Below are positions 17,044-28,500 of a DNA stretch of 64,000 nucleotides, piece by piece; positions within the stretch are counted from its first letter, which is position 1, and every line of letters starts with the position of its first letter. The DNA is from a virus. The notes below the pieces were generated by a model. The model searched no databases. It saw only the letters and a program-made list of their open reading frames with translations, and was not told where the DNA came from. The translations under genes and the position numbers were made by a program. The stretch spans positions 6,984-70,983 of the IMG/VR virus record IMGVR_UViG_3300036766_001106; one strand, given 5' to 3'.

Positions 17044-17348
17044 CCTACCGGCCCTCCTTCTCCCGCAACCGTAGGTTTAACGGGAATTTCTGGGGGTTTA
17101 TCTGTTTTCGGGGGTGGGGGAGACGGCCCCCGGACTTTGTTGAGCAAGGTCAGCCCAGCCCCTCCCAAGGCCGCTAAGATAAAAACATGCGTGATGCTGG
17201 CCAGGTTCGGTGGAAGATCCCGACGGAACACAAGGGCATAGACCCCATAGACCACTACGGCCACCAGGAAGGCAAGGGTGGCCAAAACCGCCTTGGTGTC
17301 GATCTCTGAGTTGTCACCGGAGAAGAATTTACGGAGCCAGTTCATCAC
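17040..17348 (-). CDS. Holin
   Basis: Two TM segments, adjacent to the endolysin. Confidence 0.7.
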   Translation of the reverse strand: MMNWLRKFFSGDNSEIDTKAVLATLAFLVAVVVYGVYALVFRRDLPPNLASITHVFILAALGGAGLTLLNKVRGPSPPPPKTDKPPEIPVKPTVAGEGGPVG

Positions 17349-18088
17349 GCCGCCTCTAAATATTTCTCCGCCAGGGCCGCAATCTCATCCGCCTTGTCTA
17401 GGGCATTGATACAACGCCTGGCATTGTGGAAATCAGTTTCTTCGTCATTGATGTAGTCGGTGATCTTCTTCCCGGTGAAGGCCCCGGTGCGGAACCCGTC
17501 CACCAAAATAAACAAAGCATATTCTGGTTTCATGGCATCATCGGGATTTTTCACCAGGTCAATGGGGACCCCAAATCGCTGGGTCAATTTTGGAGAATAT
17601 TTGCGGTAATTGGATTCCCAGGTGAGTTGCACGAACCCCCGGCCGTAATAGGGGTAGTACCGGGCCAGGCTGCGCCGACGCCACTCCTCGTCCTTCCAGT
17701 AGGCTTCCTTGACCGGCTTGAAGGTGCGCCCGGTCTCCCATTCGGTGGTGGCCAGGACATAAGCAATCTGCGTCGCCAGGCCGAGGCCCTGCTTCTGACA
17801 CTCCGCCTTGATAGCCTCAATGGTGCCCTCCCGGGTGGAGAAATCGACGGATTCATCGACCGGCCTATCGACGGATTCATCGACCGAGCTAACCCTTTCC
17901 AGGGCCTCTTCCAGATATTGCCGGGCCACCCAACCGATGCTGTTGTCCTCCAGGAGGATAGGGAGCCAACCGGCGGTGTCGGGGGAGATGACTATATCTC
18001 CATCTGCCAGGACTCCGACGCTCTCATATTCGGCGCCCGGCCCGGAGCGGATATAGAGTCCCTTGGTCGCTGTTACCCTGAAGTTCAT
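17345..18088 (-). CDS. Endolysin (SH3b plus GH19/lysozyme-like domain)
   Basis: LYIRSGPG; AYVLATTEWET, YYGRGFVQLTWESNY, NARRCIN. Confidence 0.9.
   Translation of the reverse strand: MNFRVTATKGLYIRSGPGAEYESVGVLADGDIVISPDTAGWLPILLEDNSIGWVARQYLEEALERVSSVDESVDRPVDESVDFSTREGTIEAIKAECQKQGLGLATQIAYVLATTEWETGRTFKPVKEAYWKDEEWRRRSLARYYPYYGRGFVQLTWESNYRKYSPKLTQRFGVPIDLVKNPDDAMKPEYALFILVDGFRTGAFTGKKITDYINDEETDFHNARRCINALDKADEIAALAEKYLEAA
17843..17890. repeat. 4 x 12-bp tandem repeat in the endolysin linker
   Basis: ATCGACGGATTC/ATCGACCGGCCT units encoding VDES/VDRP. Confidence 0.85.
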
Positions 18089-18139
18089 CTCCCACCTCCC
18101 GGATCCCTTTTGTGGCGATTTAGGGCCACCATCCCACTA

Positions 18140-18336
18140 CTACCCGACCAGCCATTCCCAAAAACTCCTCCTGATGGGCAGGTTAAAAAGTTCATCCCGG
18201 ATGCAGCGCCGCACCAGCCGGCAACGCCGCCTGTCTGTGAGTTGGTGCCACACCGGGTCTTGCACCGCCTTTCGCATCCCCCGGCTGACGCACCCCCACA
18301 GAGCTACGATCTGCCATGGCCGAAAAAACTTTCCAT
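18140..18336 (-). pseudogene. Small gene apparently frameshifted just after its start
   Basis: The SD-led ATG frame stops after 10 codons; the -1 frame past TTTTTT is open to 18140. Confidence 0.35.
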
Positions 18337-18351
18337 GTTAGGGCCCCTCCC

Positions 18352-18690
18352 TTAGCCCGAGGCAGGGTGATACTTCTCAATGCGTTTGTGGACAATTTCC
18401 ACTTCTTTGTCGCACTTTTTCTCCAGGGCCTCCAGTTCCCGCCGCTTGACATATTTATCCGGCAGGTCCCTCTCCCGGAGGTCCTTCTGGCGGACCTCCA
18501 CCTCCCCCAGGGTTTCATCCAGATACCCGATCTTTTCATCCAGGCTTTTCCGACAGATTTTGCAGTTCTCCGCCATGTGGCCGATCTGCTGTTTATGTAG
18601 TCGGCCCATGACGTAGTAAGTCATGCCCGGGGTGCCGGCCGCCAAGATGATAGAAATAAGCTGGCCAATTTCTAAGAGGCTCACAGCCAT
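18352..18690 (-). CDS. Membrane-anchored coiled-coil protein (lysis accessory or holin-like)
   Basis: N-terminal TM segment; SD GGGGAG. Confidence 0.6.
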   Translation of the reverse strand: MAVSLLEIGQLISIILAAGTPGMTYYVMGRLHKQQIGHMAENCKICRKSLDEKIGYLDETLGEVEVRQKDLRERDLPDKYVKRRELEALEKKCDKEVEIVHKRIEKYHPASG

Positions 18691-18757
18691 GGTTCTCCCC
18701 CTTATCCTTTTTTCTTTTTGGCCGTAAGGGACGCGTTTAAGGCCAACCAAAATTCAT

Positions 18758-19156
18758 TCATAGTTCAAAGCTCCCCTGCTGGAGCACCCGGCCGATTTCC
18801 CTTTGCAAGTAGGTGGCCAAGGCCATAGCGTTAAAGGGCCGACATGAAGCCAGCACTACGTAAGTTTTCTCAAGTTCCGGCCAGGCATCCGCCACGACAA
18901 AGCTCTCCACCAAGGGTTGCACTATGGTTATGGGCCAATCCGGACTACTCAAGGGCTGGACCACGGTTTCCCCTATGCCACCCCGGCCATTCGGCAAGGG
19001 ATAGACCCAGACCATGGGCTTCATGCCGCCGGTATCCATTCCCAATAAGACGACTGTCTGCTGGAGGACATATTTCAGCCGTTCCACAGTTAGTCTGCCT
19101 GCCAGAGCAAACCCAGTCACATATAGGCAAGAACCCAGGACTTCGGTCTGTGCCAT
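18758..19156 (-). CDS. Divergent S-adenosylmethionine decarboxylase-like protein (SpeD/SpeH fold)
   Basis: G.T...LVES...AWPE...YVVLASCRPF. Confidence 0.65.
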   Translation of the reverse strand: MAQTEVLGSCLYVTGFALAGRLTVERLKYVLQQTVVLLGMDTGGMKPMVWVYPLPNGRGGIGETVVQPLSSPDWPITIVQPLVESFVVADAWPELEKTYVVLASCRPFNAMALATYLQREIGRVLQQGSFEL

Positions 19157-19202
19157 CCATAGATCCCTCCTTTATTGCCCCTATCTCCGGCATTGCCAAG
19201 CT

Positions 19203-19565
19203 TTACCCATCACGCCCTTTCAGGTAAACCACCACGGTCACGGTGTAGCCGCTCACCCCTGGGTCGCCCGAGATGGTGCATTTCAGGGTGTTTCTGCCGC
19301 TCAGGATGCGGCGGATGGTGACCCCGAACTCAAAGTCATAGTTAGCGTTATGGGCTTTGGCCGTGCCGTCAAACATCTGGAAGCCGTCTTCGTCCTCCAG
19401 GGTGAGTTGCGCCGTTCTGGAATTGGTGTTGGAACTATTGCGCTGGTGAATCCACAGCAGTTCCCCTTCCAGAGCCAGGACCAAACTCTGAATCAAACCG
19501 GCCTCGGCCGCGCCGCTGGCGAACTGGAAGACAACCTTTCTCCTAAGATAGCGTTCTGGTTTCAC
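19203..19565 (-). CDS. Hypothetical beta-rich protein, possibly a virion component
   Basis: SD GGAGGTG; GTGA overlap with the giant gene. Confidence 0.6.
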   Translation of the reverse strand: MKPERYLRRKVVFQFASGAAEAGLIQSLVLALEGELLWIHQRNSSNTNSRTAQLTLEDEDGFQMFDGTAKAHNANYDFEFGVTIRRILSGRNTLKCTISGDPGVSGYTVTVVVYLKGRDG

Positions 19566-22500
19566 AGACCCACCTCCTTTTCTTCCGGCTTCATTCGATA
19601 GCCGGTCATAAATCCAGGGCTGATTTTACGGAAACCCATTATATGCTGCCAGGCGGCCCGCTCCGCCCTTGTTGGTTTGTCCAGCAGGTTCGAGAATCGG
19701 TAAGGCTTCATCACGTCTTCCGGCTTCTTGAGAACAGGCTGGTAATCCTCCCGGGCCTGGCGGATGGTTTTGATCAGATACCGTTGGCGCTGAGCCTCGT
19801 CCATCCGCAGGAGGCGGGGGAGGTCTTTCTGGATGGAATCGTAGGCATCGCCCACGCTCTCAACGGTCATTTTATAATACTCATCTAAATCGACTGACTT
19901 GCGGGTGCCCGCCTCCGTCTTAAACCGGGGAGGCATCTGGAGGGCCTGGGCCACTTCCGGGTCCATCAAGGCTTGCCCCACCTTGGCCACCTGCACGATC
20001 TTTTCATCCAGGGCGTCCAGCTTGGTTCGTTTTTGTTCCGAAGTCAGGGTCTTGGAGAGGTAGATGGAATTCCTTTCCTTCTTGATTTTCCCCAACTCGT
20101 CTACCTTTTTGCGGGCGACCCGGGCGAACATGGCCTCGGGGTTGTCGGCCAGGAACTTATCCAGCTTATCCATGCTCCCGGAGTTCCACAGGAGCTTCCA
20201 GCCTTGGTCTGCCTGAATAGCTTTTTGGTAAGCCTCAAAGAAGTCGTTTACCGTCTTGGCCCGGTAGCCGGTGGGCGGTTTGGTGAAGAAAGCCCTCACC
20301 CCCCAGATTCTTTCGATGGTGTCTTTGGTGGGTTGGGGAATATCTTCCAGGGCCCCGGTTTTCCGCAAGAGCACGTCGATGCCTGGGAAGAAATAGTTGG
20401 CCCCCAGGCCGCCAGTCATGGACCGCACGAAGTGTTCCACCTTCACCGGGCTCAGTTCCATCATGGCGGGCGTATGGCGGCTAATGGCCTTGGCCAGTTC
20501 CGAAGTCCAGGGTTTGGCCCTCAGTTCTGCAGGGAGGTTCTGTAAGCTCGCATCCTCGATAGGGCGCCCTGTAAACCAGTTATAGTTGGCGCCACCTTCC
20601 ACGATGGGACGTACGATGGCGGGGATGAAGTCAGGGGTTAACGCCTGCCAAGCCGCCCCCAGAGCCGCTTTTACCCCGTTGATATTCTTATCGACGGCCC
20701 AATCCAGCATCCGCTCCGGTATGGACCCGAAGAGAATCCCAGCCTCGAAGGGTTTGGGGAGGCGGACCATGGGGCTGTTTTTCCCGCCCAGGGGGATGTG
20801 CCAAAAATAATTCTTCTCCCAATCCTCCAGTTCCTTGTAGCGGTCGTCTTGGTGGGCCAGGGTCCATAAAAGGATGGAGGCCGTGGTGAGCAGGGACATC
20901 CGGCGCATCACCGCCCATTTGTTAGGGCCAGAAAGCTCGGTGATCAGTTTGTCCGCTCCCTGAATGGAAGCGTTCCAGAAGGGGACGATCATATTGAGGT
21001 AGCGAACTATCGGATGCCCGCCGTGTCGAGCAAAATCCAAGGTAGTGCGCCGGGCCTCGTGAATCGCCTCGGCATGACTCAAACCCTTCTCCCGGGCCTG
21101 CTTGTAGATACTGAAGCGGGTCATATTCTCCAAGTAGGCAGAGGCATAACGCAGGGCCGCAAGCGGGTGAGCATGATAAACCATGCCTTTTTTCTTCCCC
21201 ATGATGGTCTCGCTGGTGATCTGTTCCGGATCCACAAAGGATTGAGCCAACGTCGCCAGAGGACCACCGCCGGCCTCCCACTCCCGACGATACCTCGCGG
21301 TATCTTCATCCTTGACCACCAAACTGTAAGCGTCCCTGAACCACTTGAGGGGGTTGAACCCGAACCGGCTGAAAAGATAGGCTTGAATGATGTCCCGGGC
21401 GGGGTTTCGAGCCAGGGCGAATTCCGGGGTCATTATAGCGCCAGCCCGCAACAGGTCAGCCGGCGCCTTGGCCACCTTCAGCAGAATCCCGATCTCCGAT
21501 GGCATCATGCTCTGGGTCGCCTGGAAAATGTCCGGGGGCACCTTGAGCCACAACTGCTTGCCGTCCCGGTAGTACGGAATGGTCCCAGGTTCCGGGGGGA
21601 GGGGGGACCGGGCCCAGACCCGATTCATCGCCTCCAACATCCCGGCCTGGTGAGAAAGTTTGAAGGTCAGGAGGGGCCTCAGCTTGTCGTTTTGCCGCAG
21701 ATAACCCTCAAACTTCGCCAGGGCGTTGGGAGCCAGGCGCTCCACCGACCTCTTGTCGATGATGTAGCGGCTGACAAACTCCGCCACCTGTTCCTCTTTT
21801 TTGCGAATATACCGTTTATAAGAACTGGAGGGGTTGTCGGCCCGTTGGTCGGCAATGCGGCGCAGTTCCCGCTTCATCTCCGGGGTGCCTTGCTCGATGA
21901 GCAGCTTCACCAGGCCGTAAGCGTCGTCGATCCCATGGCCCACCTCATGCGCCAGGGTCGCCTCGAAGGTGGCAAACCTCACCTGGATCTCTTTCGCCAC
22001 CTCCGACGTTATCCCGCCGGACTGAACCTCCTGGCTGAGCCATTTCTTGAACTGCCCCAGGCGCCGGCTGCGCATCGTGCCCATGACCTTAACGTCAATC
22101 CCCAGGGCCTTGGCCAGCTTGACCAGTTGGGGCCGCAACACCGCGTCGATCTCTTGCTTCTGCTTGAAATCAACCGGCAGGTACTTGGCTGCCACTTCCT
22201 TGATGTCCGGGTCGCCGTATTCGCCCAGCACCGCGATGTTTTGCACCACGTAATTCCGGGCGAAGGCGTAGTTGGCCTTGTAAGCCAGTTCGATCCACAT
22301 CTGCAACGGGTCCAGGATGACCCTCTCCGAACCTTCGATTTTTTGGATCACTCGGCCCTTGATTCCCAGGGCCGCGGCGTTGGCGTTGATGTAGTCGTCG
22401 ATGTCCTCCATCAGGCGCTTGAAGGGGATATAAAATTCATTTTTGGCTTTGATCTCATCATAACGGGCTTGGTCAATGAACCCCACCTGCAGGAGGGGTT

Positions 22501-25500
22501 GCAAGATGGTCTGGTCGCCCCATTCCCGGACGCTCCGGGCCGCAGCTTCCAGGGTTTTGAAGTCATCCCCATAGATGGACCTGAGGGCGTCCAAGGCCGC
22601 TCGGCTATCTTCCGGCCGGGTGCCCTTGATCTCCCCCGGGGCCCGGGAGCCGGTTTCTCCAGCCAGTTCCAGATCCCGTTGGGCCACCATCAGGCGGTTG
22701 AAGAGGTCGTGCATCACCTTGGGGACTTCTTCCCCCCGCTTGGCCGCCAGCTTCTTGATGGGCTCCAGGCGCTTATCCAGGCTGGCGCCCACTTCCTCGA
22801 TCTCGCCGGTGAACATCATCCGGCCGTTTTCATCCGCCTCCATGACGCTCTGATAGACATGATCCCCGGTTAAGGCCTGCCGTACTCGCCCTTCCTGGCC
22901 CCTCATGTAAGACAAGGCGTTGGTGACGCTCTGGCCGGGGCCCACAGTTATCCCCGCCTTCTTGAGTTTTTCTTCGGCCCGTTCCATGGGGGCGTAACGG
23001 TCCACCACCTCGGTATAGAATTTCTCCAAGAACCTCTTGGTGCTTCCCGGCGTCTTGGTCTTAACCGCCTTGATTTTCTCCCAGATAGTGCGCTTTCCCG
23101 ATGGCGCCAGCATCTTCCGGTCGTAGTCAGCCAAAACATTCTCGGCCTCGGCGGGGCTATAAGACGCCTGAGGTTCCCACATTGCCCGGGCCTCTTTCCC
23201 TGCCTGGCGACCTGACAACTGCCACAAGAATTCAGCCGATCCCCGGAGGTTTTCCCCACGTGAATTGATAACGTCCAACACCATCGAAGTCAGATTGATG
23301 TTATCCTGCGCCCCGGTTTCGATCTCCTGGGAGAGCATCTTGTTGACTACAGCCGTGTCCTCGGTGACGATCACCGTGCGATTAGCGTTAAAAGCCTTCA
23401 TTTCTTGCTTGAGGCTCTGTTTTACTTGCTTTACCGGCTTATCTAAGATGGTTTTATTATGGACGCTCCAGCCGTTGACCTCGTTGCCCGAAGTCAAATG
23501 GATCAGGACCACCTTGTCTTTGTCATATTTTATGGTGCTAATAAAAGCTGCCAGGTCGCTCGCATTTTTTATTATCATCCCCTTGGTATGGGCCTGTTGA
23601 AGCTCCGGCGACACCTTATAATTACCGTAATTAATGTGGTACCCCTGGCCTGGATATTCATACAGGTAGCTAAACTTCCCATGGTCGATAACCACAAACT
23701 CGCCCATGAGATTACCCAGGCCTTCGATTTCTTGGCCCTCACCAGTTTTCCCTACTACCCCGGTTGTCTCGCCTTTGGCTTCACTCAAGGACGTAAACCC
23801 ATCTCGTAGCACCCTGGCCATGGAACGGTCGGCCATGCTCATGTCGGGGCTACCGCTTGGGTGGTTGTGCAGGAGGTGAACCTTGTCAGCCCCCAATCGC
23901 TTCGCGGTTTCCTGTAGCCGGATGAGGTGTTGGGCAATATTCTTCGGTCGCACGGCATTGAGTTGACCGGAAGTGATGGCATTGTGGGCCACGATCTCCC
24001 CATTCTTTGTATAAATGGCGTGTAGAATCTCCATCTTGGGGTTACGAAAAACCTGGAAAAGCTCGGCTATTTGCTGGGCTTCTCTACCGGATTCGAGTTG
24101 GCGTCCAGACAGATCAATCCATCCCTGTTTAGAATACTCTTGAGCGATGCGGGAGCGATACCGGGCCAAAACCCCTGGCACTCCTGGGCTGGGTATTCCC
24201 TGGAGGTTTCGGTGGACTTTTTCGATCTGCCGGGCGGTTTCCTGGACAACCTGGTTTGCTGCTTTCTCGGAGCCATAGGCCAGTTTCACCTCTTCGGTGT
24301 GATGTTTGGGGGTCAGTTGGGTATAGGGCACGGTTTCTTCTGCAACTCCCGGGGCCCCGCCAAGGTTACTGCCGAAAATATTGTTGGCGGTGGTCCGGTC
24401 AGTAGAGAAAACCGTGCCGAGCTTGTAGAGGAGGCCAACGGCGGTGAGTGCATCTTCCCGGTTTTGAATGTCGCCAACCATCCGGCCCCGGGACCGATAA
24501 AATTCTCCGTTCCTGACGAGGGCCAAAAGCTCCTTGTTTAGAAAATATTTGCCCCCTTTGGCTTTCGAGGTTGGAACTTCCAGGCTATAACCCAAACCCA
24601 TTTTCCGCATGATGACTTCATAAGAGGAATCAGACATCCTCCCCTCACGCTTCAACAGGGTTTCCGCCTGCGATTGGCTTAACATCACCCTCTGCAATTC
24701 CGGGTGCTTGGACAGGTCGAAATTGAGAGGCATCAGGAAGCCGGTGGCCAGTTTGCCGTCATCCCGGGTGAAGAAGGTCATCTGTCCGGCGTCGATGGGG
24801 TTTCCCAGGAGGTTGCCAGTCACCAGGTAGCGGGTCTCGTAGGTCTGGTCAGGTAGTTTCTCGTCCCAGCTAGGGGATTGTGGAGAACCCTTCCCCCACC
24901 CATCCAAGGCTGACATTTTATATCTGGTGGTACCCGTGCTTATCCCGGCCATGGAGGTCTTGAAAATCCGCATGGTGGAGTCCACCGCCATGCTGATTTT
25001 GATGTTGCCGGGGGTGGCTGGGTTGCTCCCTGTGATTGGTTTATACTTGAGGTCGTAGATTACGCCGGCCATAGCCTGTAATTCATATTTGATCGCCGTG
25101 CCGATCTGGTACTCATCCAGGTGGCGTAAGGTGTAGGTCAGGGCCCCCCTGGCTCCCTGCTCGAATCGGTTTATCGTGTCCTGTGAGGTCCCCGCCCCCC
25201 TCATCAGGGCAATTTTTTCTGCGAGCCAAGGTTTAAATTCTTGCTGAATCTTCGTTTTTATTTCATCGGCCAGGTCTTGAGGCTGCCTGCCCTTGAGGTT
25301 GGCGTGCATCCGCTTTTCGATTTCCGCCATGGTCATGGGCTTTTTCTGGACCTTGGCTTCAACCGTCTCGAAATAGGTAGGACTGGAAAGTTCGCTTTTC
25401 CCCTGTTCGCTGCCGGCCACCAACACGGATTTACTCAGGGTCTTGGTTTGGAGGTCCAGGTGTTCGCTTTCCAGGCTGAACTCGCCGATCTGTTTTAGGT

Positions 25501-28500
25501 GCTCTACCAGGTCTTCATACTTGGCGTCGATGGCTGCCCACATTTCTTCCTGCACCGAGACCGGCTGCAAGGAGGTCCAGCCGGTGACCCGTTTGGTGAG
25601 CTTGCCGGTCTCCGCATATTGGGTAAGGATTTGGTGAATGCGGCCGTCTTTGTCGGCCTTGATAAAGTCATCATCAATGACGTTATCCAGCACCCCACTT
25701 AAACGGTCATTCAGGCTGGGATCGTCGGCGAACATCTCGGCGATCACCTGGTCGCCGTATTGATTGATGATGTCGTTCACATCCAGGGAGTAGGCGGACT
25801 CCCCCTTGGCGGAGACGTTGGCGAACAAAGAGGCCAGCTTCTTTTGGAGGATGGCCAGGGGGCGCTTCTCCCCCGGGAGGGAGCTAATTTTGATCATGTA
25901 GCTGGGTAGGTTGACCTGTCCGGTGCGGTGAATACGCCCTAGGAGCTGCACCGCCTCATTGATCTCGTTGCTCATCTGGGTCAGGATCATGTGCCGGGGG
26001 CGCTGGTCCTGGAACTTCTCGCCGGAATGAAGGGATATCCCGCTGCTCCCCGCACTGTTAATGATAAGGGCGTCATACTCCCCAGAATTGAACCTATTGA
26101 CGGGGGTATTCTTGTCGGATTTCTCCTTATCACTTCGCCTCCTGAGGATGTTTCCTTCCTGCTCCCAATCCAGGACGTGCCGTCGGCCGGTAATCTCCCC
26201 CACCTTGAACCCTTCTTTGATGAGGGCCTTGGCGATGTAGTCGATGGGCATGGCCGGCACGTCCGTCGTGGTGCTTTCAAGGAGATTTGTCAGGTTACGC
26301 CACATGGTTTGGAGGTGGGAGGGCATATCTTCAGGTCTTACGATCACTTTCTCTGGCGGAGCCCCCTGGCCATGGTCGATTCTGTAAACCAAGACGCTAT
26401 CCGCGGCCTTCCGGACCACCTGGGCGAAATTCATATTAAGCTCATCGCCCACCTTAATGGTGCCCGCCTCCAGCATATCCTTCACGAAGGCTTCCATGGT
26501 GTTGTAGCAGCCGATGGTCACTTTCTTGCCCTGCCTGAGGGCTGCCAAGGCCTCCTTGATGGTGGCGTCTGTCCGCAAGCAGAAAAGAAGCTGGGAAATC
26601 TTGTTGTGCATCACCGAAGCAAAATTGGTGTTCGAGATCCCACCCCGAAAACCCGGCTCCACTTGCTCGCCTTCCTCTTGGAAATCATCATTCAGGTCCG
26701 CTACCCATTCATTAAAGGCTTTGGAAAACCGAAGAATTTCCCGCAACCCTTGGGTCAGATCATCCGACCGTTGTCGGTCCCGGGTAATATTCTCCGTGTC
26801 CACCTCCACCGGGATGTCGATGCCGGAGAAGGAAAGTTCGTTGCGGATCATCTGGCCGCTCTGGGCCCATTGGTGGGCGATCCATTCTTGGAGGGGGACC
26901 CCGCCCATTACCAAGTTAGCAATGATGGTGTCGATGTCCACGTTGAGGTTGCCTAACTCGGTGCGATGGTACAGGGCCATGGTGTCGGGCCGTTTGGCGT
27001 AGGTGGCCGAAGAATAGATCACCCCCCGCGCCTGGTCCGTCATGTGAGCCCGGAGAAAGGCCCCGGTCTGGCTTTTGTCTCCGGCCCCCTTGTGGGACTC
27101 GTCCAGGATCAAGATGGACTGAGGCGCCAAAGCCCTTAACAGTTCCATCTTGCCGGTCATGGTCCGGCTATTTATTTGGTAATAGGTGGTGAAGATAGCA
27201 TCATAGCCAGCCGGTAGGCGGCGATTCCTGACCGCCTCCCTGATGGCGTTGAGGTCCAGGTTTCGGATCACATTACCGTTATTGTCCACGATGCGGGCCC
27301 GGTCCGGGTTGCTGGCCACGATGAGAGGATTGAGGTCGGCCTTGATGTCCGCCATATCTCGGTACATGTCTGAATACAGACCGTCGTTTTCCGTCAGGAA
27401 GATAGGGGTCAAGCCCTGGTTCTTGGCGTAACGCATGATGGCCGCTACCATGCGGCCCTTGCCCACGCCCGTCTGGTGGCCGATCACGAAGCCGCCGGTG
27501 CCGCGTTCGATGGCGTCGATAGCCAAAGCCACGCCCTCAATTTGTTCGGCCCCCAGGACCCCGAACATTTCGCCCTTGGTTTTGTAACCCAGGCGGCTCC
27601 GCACAAACTCGTCCAGGTCGCCAACCTCTTCCTGTAATTTTTTCAGGTAATTGCCGACGGCTTCGGCCATGTACCGGGGGGCCACGGTGTTCATGGCCTG
27701 TCCCTTGGAAGTGGGCTTGTAAGGCACCTGGAGGCTGGTTTCTCCGGCTGGTGTGGCCTTGGGGGGTGGAACCTTTTCTTCCTTGGCCGCAGGCGGTCCT
27801 TCCAGGATGTTTTTCACATTTGCGGGTTTGACGGTGGTGGCCCCTTCCGGCCCCTGGACGGTGAGCACCATCTTGTCGCCCCAGCCGCGCACCTTGGTAA
27901 CCTGGCCAGTTGCGCCGTCGTTGGTTTCAACCCACTGGTTCTTTTGGAAAACCTTGAGGCCCTGGCGGTCCTCATCGGAGAGCTTGACTTCTTTGCCGCT
28001 CTCGTCGATGACGCCCTGGATTTGGGAGATGGGGATTCGGCGTACGTTGCCGTCGGCATCCACAACTTCGACGGTCTGTTCGCCGTAGGGGGTTTGTCCT
28101 TGTTTGTAGGGGGCCTGCTCTTCCTTGATAGTGACGGTGGTCCCGTCAGGAAGAGTGATCTGAGTGCCGGAACCTATAGACTTAGGAGGAACTCGTCCAG
28201 GTTGAGGTCCTTCTGTTCCTGCAATTCCTCTTCCGGGCTGAGATGGTCTTCCTTCGGGTCCTGGGAGTAATGGTCCAGCAGGTCCTGCTTGTTCGCCGGG
28301 CTTGGGTCGCGGAGATACCCCAGGAGATACTCCTGCGCCCCTGTCTCCGGGGCCTGCCTGATCATATCTATTAACTCCTCCTGCTTCTCGTCCCCCGGGA
28401 GATACTGGTCCGCCACGTGGGGCCCCAGGCTGTCCAAGACCCGGTGCACTTCCTCGTCCCCCTCCTGCTTCGCCACCTTCTTCACCAGGTCTCGGACCTT

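Noticed and set aside
18700-18757. Possible antisense partner of the CGGCCA-loop elements (GTTGGCC and GCGTCC on the minus strand)
   Set aside because: Matches of 6-8 nt are expected by chance at this GC content; no independent promoter seen.
21014-22873. Long + strand ORFs opposite late genes (also 25991-26956, 43846-44946, 48040-49395, 55294-56343)
   Set aside because: Antisense shadows of GC3-biased genes; no SD and no recognisable motifs.
22948-23259. Other alternative-frame ORFs in the giant gene (also 31084-31431, 31564-31764, 25987-26280)
   Set aside because: R/S/T/W/P-rich composition typical of off-frame reading, and no well-spaced SD.
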